Position numbers and translations under genes: made by a program. From positions 1-48,776 of the forward strand of contig JBGANF010000052.1 in the NCBI GenBank assembly GCA_044222475.1: 48,776 nt of DNA. The letters are read 5' to 3'. Origin of the DNA: Polyangiaceae bacterium (lineage in GTDB: Bacteria > Myxococcota_A > Polyangia > Polyangiales > Polyangiaceae). Below the pieces are notes generated by a model, which saw nothing but the letters and a program-made list of their open reading frames with translations, did no database searches and had not been told where the DNA came from. Below, in pieces: positions 48,132 to 48,776 of the stretch. Each line of letters begins with the position of its first letter. The stretch's first letter is position 1.

Positions 48132-48776
48132 CTAAGGGCAACCCGCCGAGATGAGGTCCAGCGTCGTCCCCATGTCCGGCGCCGACTGTCCGTGGCGCCA
48201 GTACCAGAAGTAGGTGCCTTGTTGCTGCGCCGCGCAGAAGCGCTGATGCAGCTCCTGCGGGGTGAGCGCAGGCTTCGGGTTGTACTCGTTGACGAGGCAG
48301 GGCTTCCCGAAGCAGGCCGACGCAGGCAACGCCTGCGTCTGGTGAAACTCCAGGTAGTCGACCGACGGCGCGTTCATCGCCGTCGCATCGCCCGAGTTCG
48401 TGCCGAACAGGTGCGCGGGGTACCCGTCGCGGAGCTCTTCGTCGCGGACGATCGCCTTCATCGACGTCGTCCACGCCGGGGCGTAGCCCGGGATGAGACC
48501 GACCTCGTTACCATCTTGGTACAAGACGTTGTCGAAGCGGCCGGTCTCGAGCACCACCTTGCGGATCCACTGGTCGTGCACCGATCCTGGCGCGACCGCA
48601 GCGCTCCCCGCGGTGGCGCAGGCGTCCGTCGCCTGCACGTTCGACGCCTTCTCCCACGGGCTGTACCCGGGAATGTCGCCCGCGCGGCAGTGCTTCACCG
48701 CCCAGCCGTCGAGGACGTCCACCTCGACCCAGATGCGACGCGCGCGCGCGTACGCGATCAGCGCGCGCACTCGGGT
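48132..48776 (-). CDS. Glycoside hydrolase (GH5/clan GH-A-like), C-terminal part; 5' end beyond right edge
   Basis: NVLYQDGNE (acid/base), YLEFH, PCLVNEY (nucleophile), FWYW. Confidence 0.55.
   Translation of the reverse strand, partial: TRVRALIAYARARRIWVEVDVLDGWAVKHCRAGDIPGYSPWEKASNVQATDACATAGSAAVAPGSVHDQWIRKVVLETGRFDNVLYQDGNEVGLIPGYAPAWTTSMKAIVRDEELRDGYPAHLFGTNSGDATAMNAPSVDYLEFHQTQALPASACFGKPCLVNEYNPKPALTPQELHQRFCAAQQQGTYFWYWRHGQSAPDMGTTLDLISAGCP

Noticed and set aside
1..48776. tRNA, rRNA, riboswitch (including a cobalamin riboswitch before the radical SAM gene)
   Set aside because: No recognisable signatures by eye and intergenic gaps are mostly short; a covariance-model scan would be needed to exclude them.

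Overview
GC-rich, gene-dense window that looks myxobacterial (Polyangiales-like). This is inferred from a MYXO-CTERM protein, Ser/Thr kinase-TPR/PEGA modules and many lipoproteins with DAG/DGG linkers. Left to right it holds: a large S41 C-terminal protease (runs off the left edge; absent from the ORF track); a ZU5-like lipoprotein; a minus-strand cluster (methyltransferase, beta-barrel, GH18-like lipoprotein, glutathionylspermidine-synthase-like ATP-grasp, Gly-tailed lipoprotein) with two apparent internal deletions; a benzoate-CoA-ligase-family gene; a pseudo-receiver OmpR-type regulator; a split YeeE pair; an LPMO-like MYXO-CTERM protein; an ABC exporter; a B12-binding radical SAM enzyme fused to a signal-peptide-like segment and four PPxDPLP repeats; a futalosine-pathway menaquinone operon (menG, ubiX, a core-less mini-MqnE paralog, mqnE, an mqnA-mqnC fusion, a deaminase, a UbiA/MqnP prenyltransferase) preceded by an AT-rich palindrome; two divergent kinase modules; a serA-like gene; a Uma2 nuclease; two oppositely oriented hexamer tandem repeats; an IS110/IS1111-type element with a structured 3' non-coding end (candidate bridge RNA); decayed accessory genes; and a GH5-like gene running off the right edge. 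The best candidates for new biology are the radical SAM-repeat fusion (possible self-modifying, RiPP-like protein), the mini-MqnE pseudoenzyme, the ATP-grasp/Gly-tail/inactive-GH18 cluster and the IS110 3' RNA. All calls come from reading motifs by eye; no searches were run.
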